A stretch of 64,000 nucleotides of DNA, from assembly GCA_002189035.1 (NCBI GenBank), contig NEEC01000061.1, forward strand, positions 1 to 64,000. Reading direction: 5' to 3'. The number at the start of each line of letters is the position of its first letter. The first letter of the stretch is position 1. The notes under the pieces are model-generated. The model did not search any database. It was not told the DNA's origin and was given only the letters and a program-made list of their open reading frames with translations. The DNA is from Utricularia gibba (lineage: Eukaryota > Plantae > Magnoliophyta). Below are positions 39,001-50,947 of the stretch, one piece after another. The translations under genes and the position numbers were made by a program.

Positions 39001-40395
39001 CTTGAATTTCGCGGCATTCTCATGCGTTTCTCCGAGTGTGCTCGGGCCCTGGGAATTCCTACACCAAGGGTGGCCTCGCGCAGCCTTCGCATTGACGCCA
39101 CAACTCCCAAACCGTTTAGAGTCACGCGCACAAAGAAATTCGTTTCGAAGCTCATTCTGACGGTCGTTTTTCGTGTTGGAACTCGCCCATCGAGGAAAGT
39201 TCGAAGCTCGAAGGATGGCCCTATATTAGCCTTCAATGGTGTCACAAAATGGTCTAGCCATTGGGGACATTGCGACTCCTTTGCTCGTTTTTATGCGAAA
39301 ACTAATCTCGGCTTGCGAAACACGCGTGATTCGTTAATATATGTCAAAATCTTGAATTTCGCGGCATTCTCATGCGTTTCTCCGAGTGTGCTCGGGCCCT
39401 GGGAATTCCTACATTAAGGGGTGGCCTCGCGCAGCCTTCGCAATTGACGCCACAACTTCCAAACCGTTTAGAGTCACGCGGCACAAAGCATTCGTTTCGA
39501 AGCTCATTCTGAGACGGTCGTTTTTCGTGTTGGAACTCGCCCATCCGAGGAAAGTTCGAAGCTCGAAGGATGGCCTTATATTAGCCTTCAATGGTGTCAA
39601 AATGGTCTAGCCATTGGGGACATTGCGACTCCTTTGCTCGTTTTTATGCGAAAACTAATCTCGGCTTGCGAAACACGCGTGATTCGTTAATATATGTCAA
39701 AATCTTGAATTTCGCGGCATTCTCATGCGTTTCTACGGGTGTGCTCGGGCCCTGGGACTTCCTACACCAAGGGGTGGCCTCGCGCAGCCTTCGCCATTGA
39801 CGCCACATCGTCCAAACCGTTTAGAGTCACGCGACACACAGCATACCGTTTCGAAGCTCATTCCGAGACGGTCGTTTTTCGTGTTGGGAGTTGCCCATCC
39901 GAGGAAAGTTCGAAGCTCGAAGGATGGCCTTATATTAGCCTTCAATGTGTCAAAAATGGTCTAGCCATTGGGGACATCGCGACTCCTTTGCTCGTTTTTA
40001 TGCGAAAATTATTCTCGGATTGCGAAACACGCGTGATTCGTTAATATATGTCAAAATCTTGAATTTCGCGGCATTCTCATGCGTTTCTCCGAGTGTGCTC
40101 GGGCCCTGGGAATTCCTACACCAAGGGTGGCCTCGCGCAGCCTTCGCAATTGACGCCACAACTCCAAACCGTTTAGAGTCACGTGGCACAAAGCATTCGT
40201 TTCGAAGCTCATTCTGAGACGGTCGTTTTTCGTGTTGGAACTCGCCCATCCGAGGAAAGTTCGAAGCTCGAAGGATGGCCCTATATTAGCCTTCAATGGT
40301 GTCACAAAATGGTCTAGCCATTGGGGACGTTGGGACTCGTTTGCTCGTTTTTATGCGAAAACTAATCTCGGCTTGCGAAACACGCGTGATTCGTT
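30093..40395 (+). repeat. Longer HOR variants: an 11-monomer unit followed by ~9-monomer units
   Basis: The A-D'-B triplet starts at 30093, 34008 and 37216 (periods 3915 and 3208). F monomers start at 29032, 32939, 36141 and 39336 (periods 3907, 3202, 3195). Variants become blended after ~36.8 kb, so the later labels are less certain. Confidence 0.65.
36253..36308 (+). repeat. 28-bp internal tandem duplication inside an F-type monomer
   Basis: CACAACTTCCAAACCGTTTAGAGTCACG occurs twice in direct succession (36253-36280 and 36281-36308). This monomer spans 36141-36520 (380 bp). Confidence 0.85.
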
Positions 40396-43300
40396 AATAT
40401 ATGTCAAAATCTTGAATTTCGCGGCATTCTCATGCGTTTCTCCGAGTGTGCTCGGGCCCTGGGAATTCCTACATTAAGGGGTGGCCTCGCGCAGCCTTCG
40501 CATTGACGCCACAACGTCCAAACCGTTTAGAGTCACGGCACAAAGCATTCGTTTCGAAGCTCATTCTGAGACGATCGTTTTTCGTGTTGGGAGTTGCCCA
40601 TCCGAGGAAAGTTCGAAGCTCGAAGGATGGCCTTATATTAGCCTTCAATGGTGTCACAAAATGGTCTAGCCATTGGGGACATTGCGACTCCTTTGCTCGT
40701 TTTTATGCGAAAATTATTCTCGGATTGCGAAACACGCGTGATTCGTTAATATATGTCAAAATCTTGAATTTCGCGGCATTCTCATGCGTTTCTCGAGTGT
40801 GCTCGGGCCTGGGAATTCCTACACCAAGGGGTGGCCTCGCGCAGCCTTCGCCATTGACGCCACATCGTCCAAACCGTTTAGAGTCACGCGACACACAGCA
40901 TACCGTTTCGAAGCTCATTCCGAGACGGTCGTTTTTCGTGTTGGGAGTTCGCCCATCCGAGGAAAGTTCGAAGCTCGACGGATGGCCCTATATAAGCCTT
41001 GAATGGTGTCACAAAATGGCCTAGCCATTGGGGACGTTGGGACTCTTTGCTCGTTTTTATGCGAAAACTAATCTCGGCTTGCGAAACACGCGTGATTCGT
41101 TAATATATGTCAAAATCTTGAATTTCGCGGCATTCTCATGCGTTTCTACGGTGTGCTCGGGCCTGGGATTCCTACACAAGGGGTGGCCTCGCGCAGCCTT
41201 CGCCATTGACGCCACATCGTCCAAACCGTTTAGAGTCACGCGACACACAGCATACCGTTTCGAAGCTCATTCTGAGACGATCGTTTTTCGTGTTGGAGTT
41301 CGCCCATCCGAGGAAAGTTCGAAGCTCGACGGATGGCCCTATATAAGCCTTGAATGGTGTCACAAAATGGCCTAGCCATTGGGGACATCGCGACTCCTTT
41401 GCTCGTTTTTATGCGAAAATTATTCTCGGATTGCGAAACACGCGTGATTCGTTAATATATGTCAAAATCTTGAATTTCGCGGCATTCTCATGCGTTTCTC
41501 CGAGTGTGCTCGGGCCCTGGGAATTCCTACACCAAGGGTGGCCTCGCGCAGCCTTCGCATTGACGCCACATCTCCAAACCGTTTAGAGTCACGCGACACA
41601 CAGCACCGTTTCGAAGCTCATTCGAGACGGTCGTTTTTCGTGTTGGGAACTCGCCCATCCGAGGAAAGTTCGAAGCTCGAAGGATGGCCCTATATTAGCC
41701 TTCAATGGTGTCACAAAATGGCCTAGCCATTGGGGACGTTGGGACTCGTTTGCTCGTTTTTATGCGAAAACTAATCTCGGCTTGCGAAACACGCGTGATT
41801 CGTTAATATATGTCAAAATCTTGAATTTCGCGGCATTCTCATGCGTTTCTCCGAGTGTGCTCGGGCCCTGGGAATTCCTACATTAAGGGGTGGCCTCGCG
41901 CAGCCTTCGCCATTGACGCCACATCGTCCAAACCGTTTAGAGTCACGCGACACACAGCATACCGTTTCGAAGCTCATTCTGAGACGATCGTTTTTCGTGT
42001 TGGGAGTTCGCCCATCCGAGGAAAGTTCGAAGCTCGACGGATGGCCCTATATAAGCCTTGAATGGTGTCACAAAATGGCCTAGCCATTGGGGACATTGGA
42101 CTCTTTGCTCGTTTTTATGCGAAATTTTCTCGGATTGCGAAACACGCGTGATTCGTTAATATATGTCAAAATCTTGAATTTCGCGGCATTCTCATGCGTT
42201 TCTCGGTGTGCTCGGGCCCTGGGAATTCCTACACCAAGGGGTGGCCTCGCGCAGCCTTCGCCATTGACGCCACATCGTCCAAACCGTTTAGAGTCACGCG
42301 ACACACAGCATACCGTTTCGAAGCTCATTCTGAGACGATCGTTTTTCGTGTTGGAGTTCGCCCATCCGAGGAAAGTTCGAAGCTCGACGGATGGCCCTAT
42401 ATAAGCCTTGAATGGTGTCACAAAATGGCCTAGCCATTGGGGACATTGCGACTCCTTTGCTCGTTTTTATGCGAAAATTATTCTCGGATTGCGAAACACG
42501 CGTGATTCGTTAATATATGTCAAAATCTTGAATTTCGCGGCATTCTCATGCGTTTCTACGGGTGTGCTCGGCCCTGGGAATTCCTACATTAAGGGGTGGC
42601 CTCGCGCAGCCTTCGCCATTGACGCCACATCGTCCAAACCGTTTAGAGTCACGCGACACACAGCATACCGTTTCGAAGCTCATTCTGAGACGTCGTTTTT
42701 CGTGTTGGGAGTTCGCCCATCCGAGGAAAGTTCGAAGCTCGACGGATGGCCCTATATAAGCCTTGAATGGTGTCACAAAATGGCCTAGCCATTGGGGACG
42801 TTGGGACTCTTTGCTCGTTTTTATGCGAAAATTTTCTCGGATTGCGAAACACGCGTGATTCGTTAATATATGTCAAAATCTTGAATTTCGCGGCATTCTC
42901 ATGCGTTTCTCCGAGTGTGCTCGGGCCCTGGGAATTCCTACACCAAGGGTGGGCCTCGCGCAGCCTTCGCAATTGACGCCACATCTCCAAACCGTTTAGA
43001 GTCACGCGCACAAAGCGTTTCGAAGCTCATTCGAGACGGTCGTTTTTCGTGTTGGAACTCGCCCATCCGAGGAAAGTTCGAAGCTCGAAGGATGGCCCTA
43101 TATTAGCCTTCAATGGTGTCACAAAATGGTCTAGCCATTGGGGACGTTGCGACTCTTTGCTCGTTTTTATGCGAAAACTAATCTCGGCTTGCGAAACACG
43201 CGTGATTCGTTAATATATGTCAAAATCTTGAATTTCGCGGCATTCTCATGCGTTTCTCCGAGTGTGCTCGGGCCCTGGGAATTCCTACATTAAGGGGTGG

Positions 43301-46300
43301 CCTCGCGCAGCCTTCGCATTGACGCCACATCGTCCAAACCGTTTAGAGTCACGCGACACAAAGCATACCGTTTCGAAGCTCATTCTGAGACGGTCGTTTT
43401 TCGTGTTGGGAGTTTGCCCATCCGAGGAAAGTTCGAAGCTCGAAGGATGGCCTATATTAGCCTTCAATGGTGTCACAAAATGGTCTAGCCATTGGGGACA
43501 TTGCGACTCCTTTGCTCGTTTTTATGCGAAAACTAATCTCGGCTTGCGAAACACGCGTGATTCGTTAATATATGTCAAAATCTTGAATTTCGCGGCATTC
43601 TCATGCGTTTCTCCGAGTGTGCTCGGGCCCTGGGAATTCCTACATTAAGGGGTGGCCTCGCGCAGCCTTCGCCATTGACGCCACATCGTCCAAACCGTTT
43701 AGAGTCACGCGCACAAAGCAACGTTTCGAAGCTCATTCTGAGACGGTCGTTTTTCGTGTTGGGAGTCGCCCATCCGAGGAAAGTTCGAAGCTCGAAGGAT
43801 GGCCTTATATTAGCCTTCAATGGTGTCAAAATGGTCTAGCCATTGGGGACATTGCGACTCCTTTGCTCGTTTTTATGCGAAAACTAATCTCGGCTTGCGA
43901 AACACGCGTGATTCGTTAATATATGTCAAAATCTTGAATTTCGCGGCATTCTCATGCGTTTCTACGGGTGTGCTCGGGCCCTGGGAATTCCTACACCAAG
44001 GGGTGGCCTCGCGCAGCCTTCGCCATTGACGCCACATCGTCCAAACCGTTTAGAGTCACGCGACACACAGCATACCGTTTCGAAGCTCATTCCGAGACGG
44101 TCGTTTTTCGTGTTGGGAGTTGCCCATCCGAGGAAAGTTCGAAGCTCGAAGGATGGCCTATATTAGCCTTCAATGGTGTCACAAAATGGTCTAGCCATTG
44201 GGGACATCGCGACTCCTTTGCTCGTTTTTATGCGAAAATTATTCTCGGATTGCGAAACACGCGTGATTCGTTAATATATGTCAAAATCTTGAATTTCGCG
44301 GCATTCTCATGCGTTTCTCCGAGTGTGCTCGGGCCCTGGGAATTCCTACACCAAGGGTGGCCTCGCGCAGCCTTCGCAATTGACGCCACAACTCCCAAAC
44401 CGTTTAGAGTCACGCGACACACAGCATACCGTTTCGAAGCTCATTCCGAGACGTCGTTTTTCGTGTTGGGAGTTCGCCCATCCGAGGAAAGTTCGAAGCT
44501 CGACGGATGGCCCTATATAAGCCTTGAATGGTGTCACAAAATGGCCTAGCCATTGGGGACGTTGGGACTCGTTTGCTCGTTTTTATGCGAAAACTAATCT
44601 CGGCTTGCGAAACACGCGTGATTCGTTAATATATGTCAAAATCTTGAATTTCGCGGCATTCTCATGCGTTTCTCGGGTGTGCTCGGGCCTGGGAATTCCT
44701 ACACCAAGGGGTGGCCTCGCGCAGCCTTCGCCATTGACGCCACATCGTCCAAACCGTTTAGAGTCACGCGACACACAGCATACCGTTTCGAAGCTCATTC
44801 CGAGACGGTCGTTTTTCGTGTTGGGAGTTCGCCCATCCGAGGAAAGTTCGAAGCTCGACGGATGGCCCTATATAAGCCTTGAATGGTGTCACAAAATGGC
44901 CTAGCCATTGGGGACGTTGGGACTCGTTTGCTCGTTTTTATGCGAAAAATTCTCGGCTTGCGAAACACGCGTGATTCGTTAATATATGTCAAAATCTTGA
45001 ATTTCGCGGCATTCTCATGCGTTTCCGAGTGTGCTCGGGCCCTGGGAATTCCTACACCAAGGGGTGGCCTCGCGCAGCCTTCGCCATTGACGCCACATCG
45101 TCCAAACCGTTTAGAGTCACGCGACACACAGCATACCGTTTCGAAGCTCATTCTGAGACGATCGTTTTTCGTGTTGGGAGTTCGCCCATCCGAGGAAAGT
45201 TCGAAGCTCGACGGATGGCCCTATATAAGCCTTGAATGGTGTCACAAAATGGCCTAGCCATTGGGGACGTTGGGACTCTTTGCTCGTTTTTATGCGAAAA
45301 CTAATCTCGGCTTGCGAAACACGCGTGATTCGTTAATATATGTCAAAATCTTGAATTTCGCGGCATTCTCATGCGTTTCTCCGAGTGTGCTCGGGCCCTG
45401 GGAATTCCTACACCAAGGGTGGCCTCGCGCAGCCTTCGCCATTGACGCCACATCTCCAAACCGTTTAGAGTCACGCGCACAAAGCATACGTTTCGAAGCT
45501 CATTCTGAGACGGTCGTTTTTCGTGTTGGAACTCGCCCATCCGAGGAAAGTTCGAAGCTCGAAGGATGGCCTATATTAGCCTTCAATGGTGTCACAAAAT
45601 GGTCTAGCCATTGGGGACGTTGGACTCTTTGCTCGTTTTTATGCGAAAATAATCTCGGCTTGCGAAACACGCGTGATTCGTTAATATATGTCAAAATCTT
45701 GAATTTCGCGGCATTCTCATGCGTTTCTCGAGTGTGCTCGGGCCCTGGAATTCCTACATTAAGGGGTGGCCTCGCGCAGCCTTCGCCATTGACGCCACAT
45801 CGTCCAAACCGTTTAGAGTCACGCGACACAAGCATACCGTTTCGAAGCTCATTCCGAGACGGTCGTTTTTCGTGTTGGGAGTTGCCCATCCGAGGAAAGT
45901 TCGAAGCTCGAAGGATGGCCTTATATTAGCCTTCAATGGTGTCACAAAATGGTCTAGCCATTGGGGACATGCGACTCCTTTGCTCGTTTTTATGCGAAAA
46001 TTATTCTCGGATTGCGAAACACGCGTGATTCGTTAATATATGTCAAAATCTTGAATTTCGCGGCATTCTCATGCGTTTCTCCGAGTGTGCTCGGGCCCTG
46101 GGAATTCCTACACCAAGGGTGGCCTCGCGCAGCCTTCGCATTGACGCCACATCGTCCAAACCGTTTAGAGTCACGCGACAAAGCATACCGTTTCGAAGCT
46201 CATTCTGAGACGGTCGTTTTTCGTGTTGGAACTCGCCCATCCGAGGAAAGTTCGAAGCTCGAAGGATGGCCCTATATTAGCCTTCAATGGTGTCACAAAA

Positions 46301-48148
46301 TGGTCTAGCCATTGGGGACATTGCGACTCCTTTGCTCGTTTTTATGCGAAAATTAATCTCGGCTTGCGAAACACGCGTGATTCGTTAATATATGTCAAAA
46401 TCTTGAATTTCGCGGCATTCTCATGCGTTTCTCGGGTGTGCTCGGGCCCTGGGATTCCTACACCAAGGGGTGGCCTCGCGCAGCCTTCGCCATTGACGCC
46501 ACATCGTCCAAACCGTTTAGAGTCACGCGACACACAGCATACCGTTTCGAAGCTCATTCCGAGACGGTCGTTTTTCGTGTTGGGAGCTTGCCCATCCGAG
46601 GAAAGTTCGAAGCTCGAAGGATGGCCTATATTAGCCTTCAATGGTGTCAAAATGGTCTAGCCATTGGGGACATTGCGACTCCTTTGCTCGTTTTTATGCG
46701 AAAATAATCTCGGCTTGCGAAACACGCGTGATTCGTTAATATATGTCAAAATCTTGAATTTCGCGGCATTCTCATGCGTTTCTACGGTGTGCTCGGGCCC
46801 GGGATTCCTACACCAAGGGGTGGCCTCGCGCAGCCTTCGCCATTGACGCCACATCGTCCAAACCGTTTAGAGTCACGCGACACACAGCATACCGTTTCGA
46901 AGCTCATTCTGAGACGATCGTTTTTCGTGTTGGGAGTTCGCCCATCCGAGGAAAGTTCGAAGCTCGACGGATGGCCCTATATAAGCCTTGAATGGTGTCA
47001 CAAAATGGCCTAGCCATTGGGGACGTTGGGACTCTTTGCTCGTTTTTATGCGAAAATATTCTCGGCTTGCGAAACACGCGTGATTCGTTAATATATGTCA
47101 AAATCTTGAATTTCGCGGCATTCTCATGCGTTTCTCGGTGTGCTCGGGCCTGGGAATTCCTACACCAAGGGGTGGCCTCGCGCAGCCTTCGCCATTGACG
47201 CCACATCGTCCAAACCGTTTAGAGTCACGCGACACACAGCATACCGTTTCGAAGCTCATTCCGAGACGGTCGTTTTTCGTGTTGGGAGTTGCCCATCCGA
47301 GGAAAGTTCGAAGCTCGAAGGATGGCCTTATATTAGCCTTCAATGGTGTCACAAAATGGTCTAGCCATTGGGGACATCGCGACTCCTTTGCTCGTTTTTA
47401 TGCGAAAATTTTCTCGGCTTGCGAAACACGCGTGATTCGTTAATATATGTCAAAATCTTGAATTTCGCGGCATTCTCATGCGTTTCTCGGGTGTGCTCGG
47501 GCCCGGGACTTCCTACACCAAGGGGTGGCCTCGCGCAGCCTTCGCCATTGACGCCACATCGTCCAAACCGTTTAGAGTCACGCGACACACAGCATACCGT
47601 TTCGAAGCTCATTCTGAGACGATCGTTTTTCGTGTTGGGAGTTTGCCCATCCGAGGAAAGTTCGAAGCTCGAAGGATGGCCTTATATTAGCCTTCAATGG
47701 TGTCACAAATGGTCTAGCCATTGGGGACATTGCGACTCCTTTGCTCGTTTTTATGCGAAAATAATCTCGGCTTGCGAAACACGCGTGATTCGTTAATATA
47801 TGTCAAAATCTTGAATTTCGCGGCATTCTCATGCGTTTCTCGGGTGTGCTCGGGCCCTGGGATTCCTACACCAAGGGTGGCCTCGCGCAGCCTTCGCCAT
47901 TGACGCCACATCGTCCAAACCGTTTAGAGTCACGCGACACACAGCATACCGTTTCGAAGCTCATTCCGAGACGGTCGTTTTTCGTGTTGGGAGCTTGCCC
48001 ATCCGAGGAAAGTTCGAAGCTCGAAGGATGGCCTTATATTAGCCTTCAATGGTGTCACAAAATGGTCTAGCCATTGGGGACGTTGCGACTCCTTTGCTCG
48101 TTTTTATGCGAAAACTAATCTCGGCTTGCGAAACACGCGTGATTCGTT

Positions 48149-50947
48149 AATATATGTCAAAATCTTGAATTTCGCGGCATTCTCATGCGTTTCTCGGGTG
48201 TGCTCGGGCCCGGGACTTCCTACACCAAGGGGTGGCCTCGCGCAGCCTTCGCCATTGACGCCACATCGTCCAAACCGTTTAGAGTCACGCGACACACAGC
48301 ATACCGTTTCGAAGCTCATTCTGAGACGATCGTTTTTCGTGTTGGGAGTTCGCCCATCCGAGGAAAGTTCGAAGCTCGACGGATGGCCCTATATAAGCCT
48401 TGAATGGTGTCACAAAATGGCCTAGCCATTGGGGACGTTGGGACTCGTTTGCTCGTTTTTATGCGAAAATATCTCGGCTTGCGAAACACGCGTGATTCGT
48501 TAATATATGTCAAAATCTTGAATTTCGCGGCATTCTCATGCGTTTCTCCGAGTGTGCTCGGGCCCTGGGAATTCCTACATTAAGGGGTGGCCTCGCGCAG
48601 CCTTCGCCATTGACGCCACATCGTCCAAACCGTTTAGAGTCACGCGACACACAGCATACCGTTTCGAAGCTCATTCCGAGACGGTCGTTTTTCGTGTTGG
48701 GAGCCCATCCGAGGAAAGTTCGAAGCTCGAAGGATGGCCTTATATTAGCCTTCAATGGTTCAAAATGGTCTAGCCATTGGGGACATCGCGACTCCTTTGC
48801 TCGTTTTTATGCGAAAATTATTCTCGGATTGCGATGATTCGTTAATATATGTCAAAATCTTGAATTTCGCGGCATTCTCATGCGTTTCTAGGTGTGCTCG
48901 GGCCCTGGGATTCCTACACCAAGGGGTGGCCTCGCGCAGCCTTCGCCATTGACGTTCCAAACCGTTTAGAGTCACGACACAAAGCATACCGTTTCGAAGC
49001 TCATTCTGAGACGGTCGTTTTTCGTGTTGGAGTTCGCCCATCCGAGGAAAGTTCGAAGCTCGACGGATGGCCCTATATAAGCCTTGAATGGTGTCACAAA
49101 ATGGCCTAGCCATTGGGGACGTTGGGACTCTTTGCTCGTTTTTATGCGAAAACTAATCTCGGCTTGCGAAACACGCGTGATTCGTTAATATATGTCAAAA
49201 TCTTGAATTTCGCGGCATTCTCATGCGTTTCTCCGAGTGTGCTCGGGCCCTGGGAATTCCTACATTAAGGGGTGGCCTCGCGCAGCCTTCGCCATTGACG
49301 CCACATCGTCCAAACCGTTTAGAGTCACGCGACACACAGCATACCGTTTCGAAGCTCATTCTGAGACGATCGTTTTTCGTGTTGGGAGTTCGCCCATCCG
49401 AGGAAAGTTCGAAGCTCGACGGATGGCCCTATATAAGCCTTGAATGGTGTCACAAAATGGCCTAGCCATTGGGGACGTTGGACTCTTTGCTCGTTTTTAT
49501 GCGAAAACTAATCTCGGCTTGCGAAACACGCGTGATTCGTTAATATATGTCAAAATCTTGAATTTCGCGGCATTCTCATGCGTTTCTACGGGTGTGCTCG
49601 GGCCCGGGACTTCCTACACCAAGGGGTGCCTCGCGCAGCCTTCGCCATTGACGCCACATCGTCCAAACCGTTTAGAGTCACGCGACACACAGCATACCGT
49701 TTCGAAGCTCATTCTGAGACGATCGTTTTTCGTGTTGGGAGTTCGCCCATCCGAGGAAAGTTCGAAGCTCGACGGATGGCCCTATATAAGCCTTGAATGG
49801 TGTCACAAAATGGCCTAGCCATTGGGGACGTTGGGACTCGTTTGCTCGTTTTTATGCGAAAATAATCTCGGCTTGCGAAACACGCGTGATTCGTTAATAT
49901 ATGTCAAAATCTTGAATTTCGCGGCATTCTCATGCGTTTCTCCGAGTGTGCTCGGCCCTGGAATTCCTACATTAAGGGGTGGCCTCGCGCAGCCTTCGCC
50001 ATTGACGCCACATCGTCCAAACCGTTTAGAGTCACGCGACACACAGCATACCGTTTCGAAGCTCATTCCGAGACGGTCGTTTTTCGTGTTGGGAACTTGC
50101 CCATCCGAGGAAAGTTCGAAGCTCGAAGGATGGCCTTATATTAGCCTTCAATGGTGAAAATGGTCTAGCCATTGGGGACATCGCGACTCCTTTGCTCGTT
50201 TTTATGCGAAAATTATTCTCGGATTGCGAAACACGCGTGATTCGTTAATATATGTCAAAATCTTGAATTTCGCGGCATTCTCATGCGTTTCTAGTGTGCT
50301 CGGGCCCTGGGATTCCTACACCAAGGGGTGGCCTCGCGCAGCCTTCGCCATTGACGCCACATCGTCCAAACCGTTTAGAGTCACGCGACACAAAGCATTC
50401 GTTTCGAAGCTCATTCTGAGACGGTCGTTTTTCGTGTTGGAGTTCGCCCATCCGAGGAAAGTTCGAAGCTCGACGGATGGCCCTATATAAGCCTTGAATG
50501 GTGTCACAAAATGGCCTAGCCATTGGGGACGTTGGACTCGTTTGCTCGTTTTTATGCGAAAATAATCTCGGCTTGCGAAACACGCGTGATTCGTTAATAT
50601 ATGTCAAAATCTTGAATTTCGCGGCATTCTCATGCGTTTCTCCGAGTGTGCTCGGGCCCTGGGAATTCCTACATTAAGGGGTGGCCTCGCGCAGCCTTCG
50701 CCATTGACGCCACATCTTCCAAACCGTTTAGAGTCACGCGACACACAGCATACGTTTCGAAGCTCATTCTGAGACGGTCGTTTTTCGTGTTGGGAGTTCG
50801 CCCATCCGAGGAAAGTTCGAAGCTCGACGGATGGCCCTATATAAGCCTTGAATGGTGTCACAAAATGGCCTAGCCATTGGGGACGTTGCGACTCCTTTGC
50901 TCGTTTTTATGCGAAAATCTCGGCTTGCGAAACACGCGTGATTCGTT
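48149..50947 (+). repeat. Probable tetrameric HOR of A/B-like monomers (two copies; a third at 51984-53398)
   Basis: Paired monomers 48149/49542, 48502/49896, 48844/50247 and 49187/50596 share haplotypes (period ~1.4 kb). CTACACC and CTACATT alternate, and the GAAGG/CCGAGACGGTC variant appears in every fourth monomer. The region is noisy. Confidence 0.5.
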
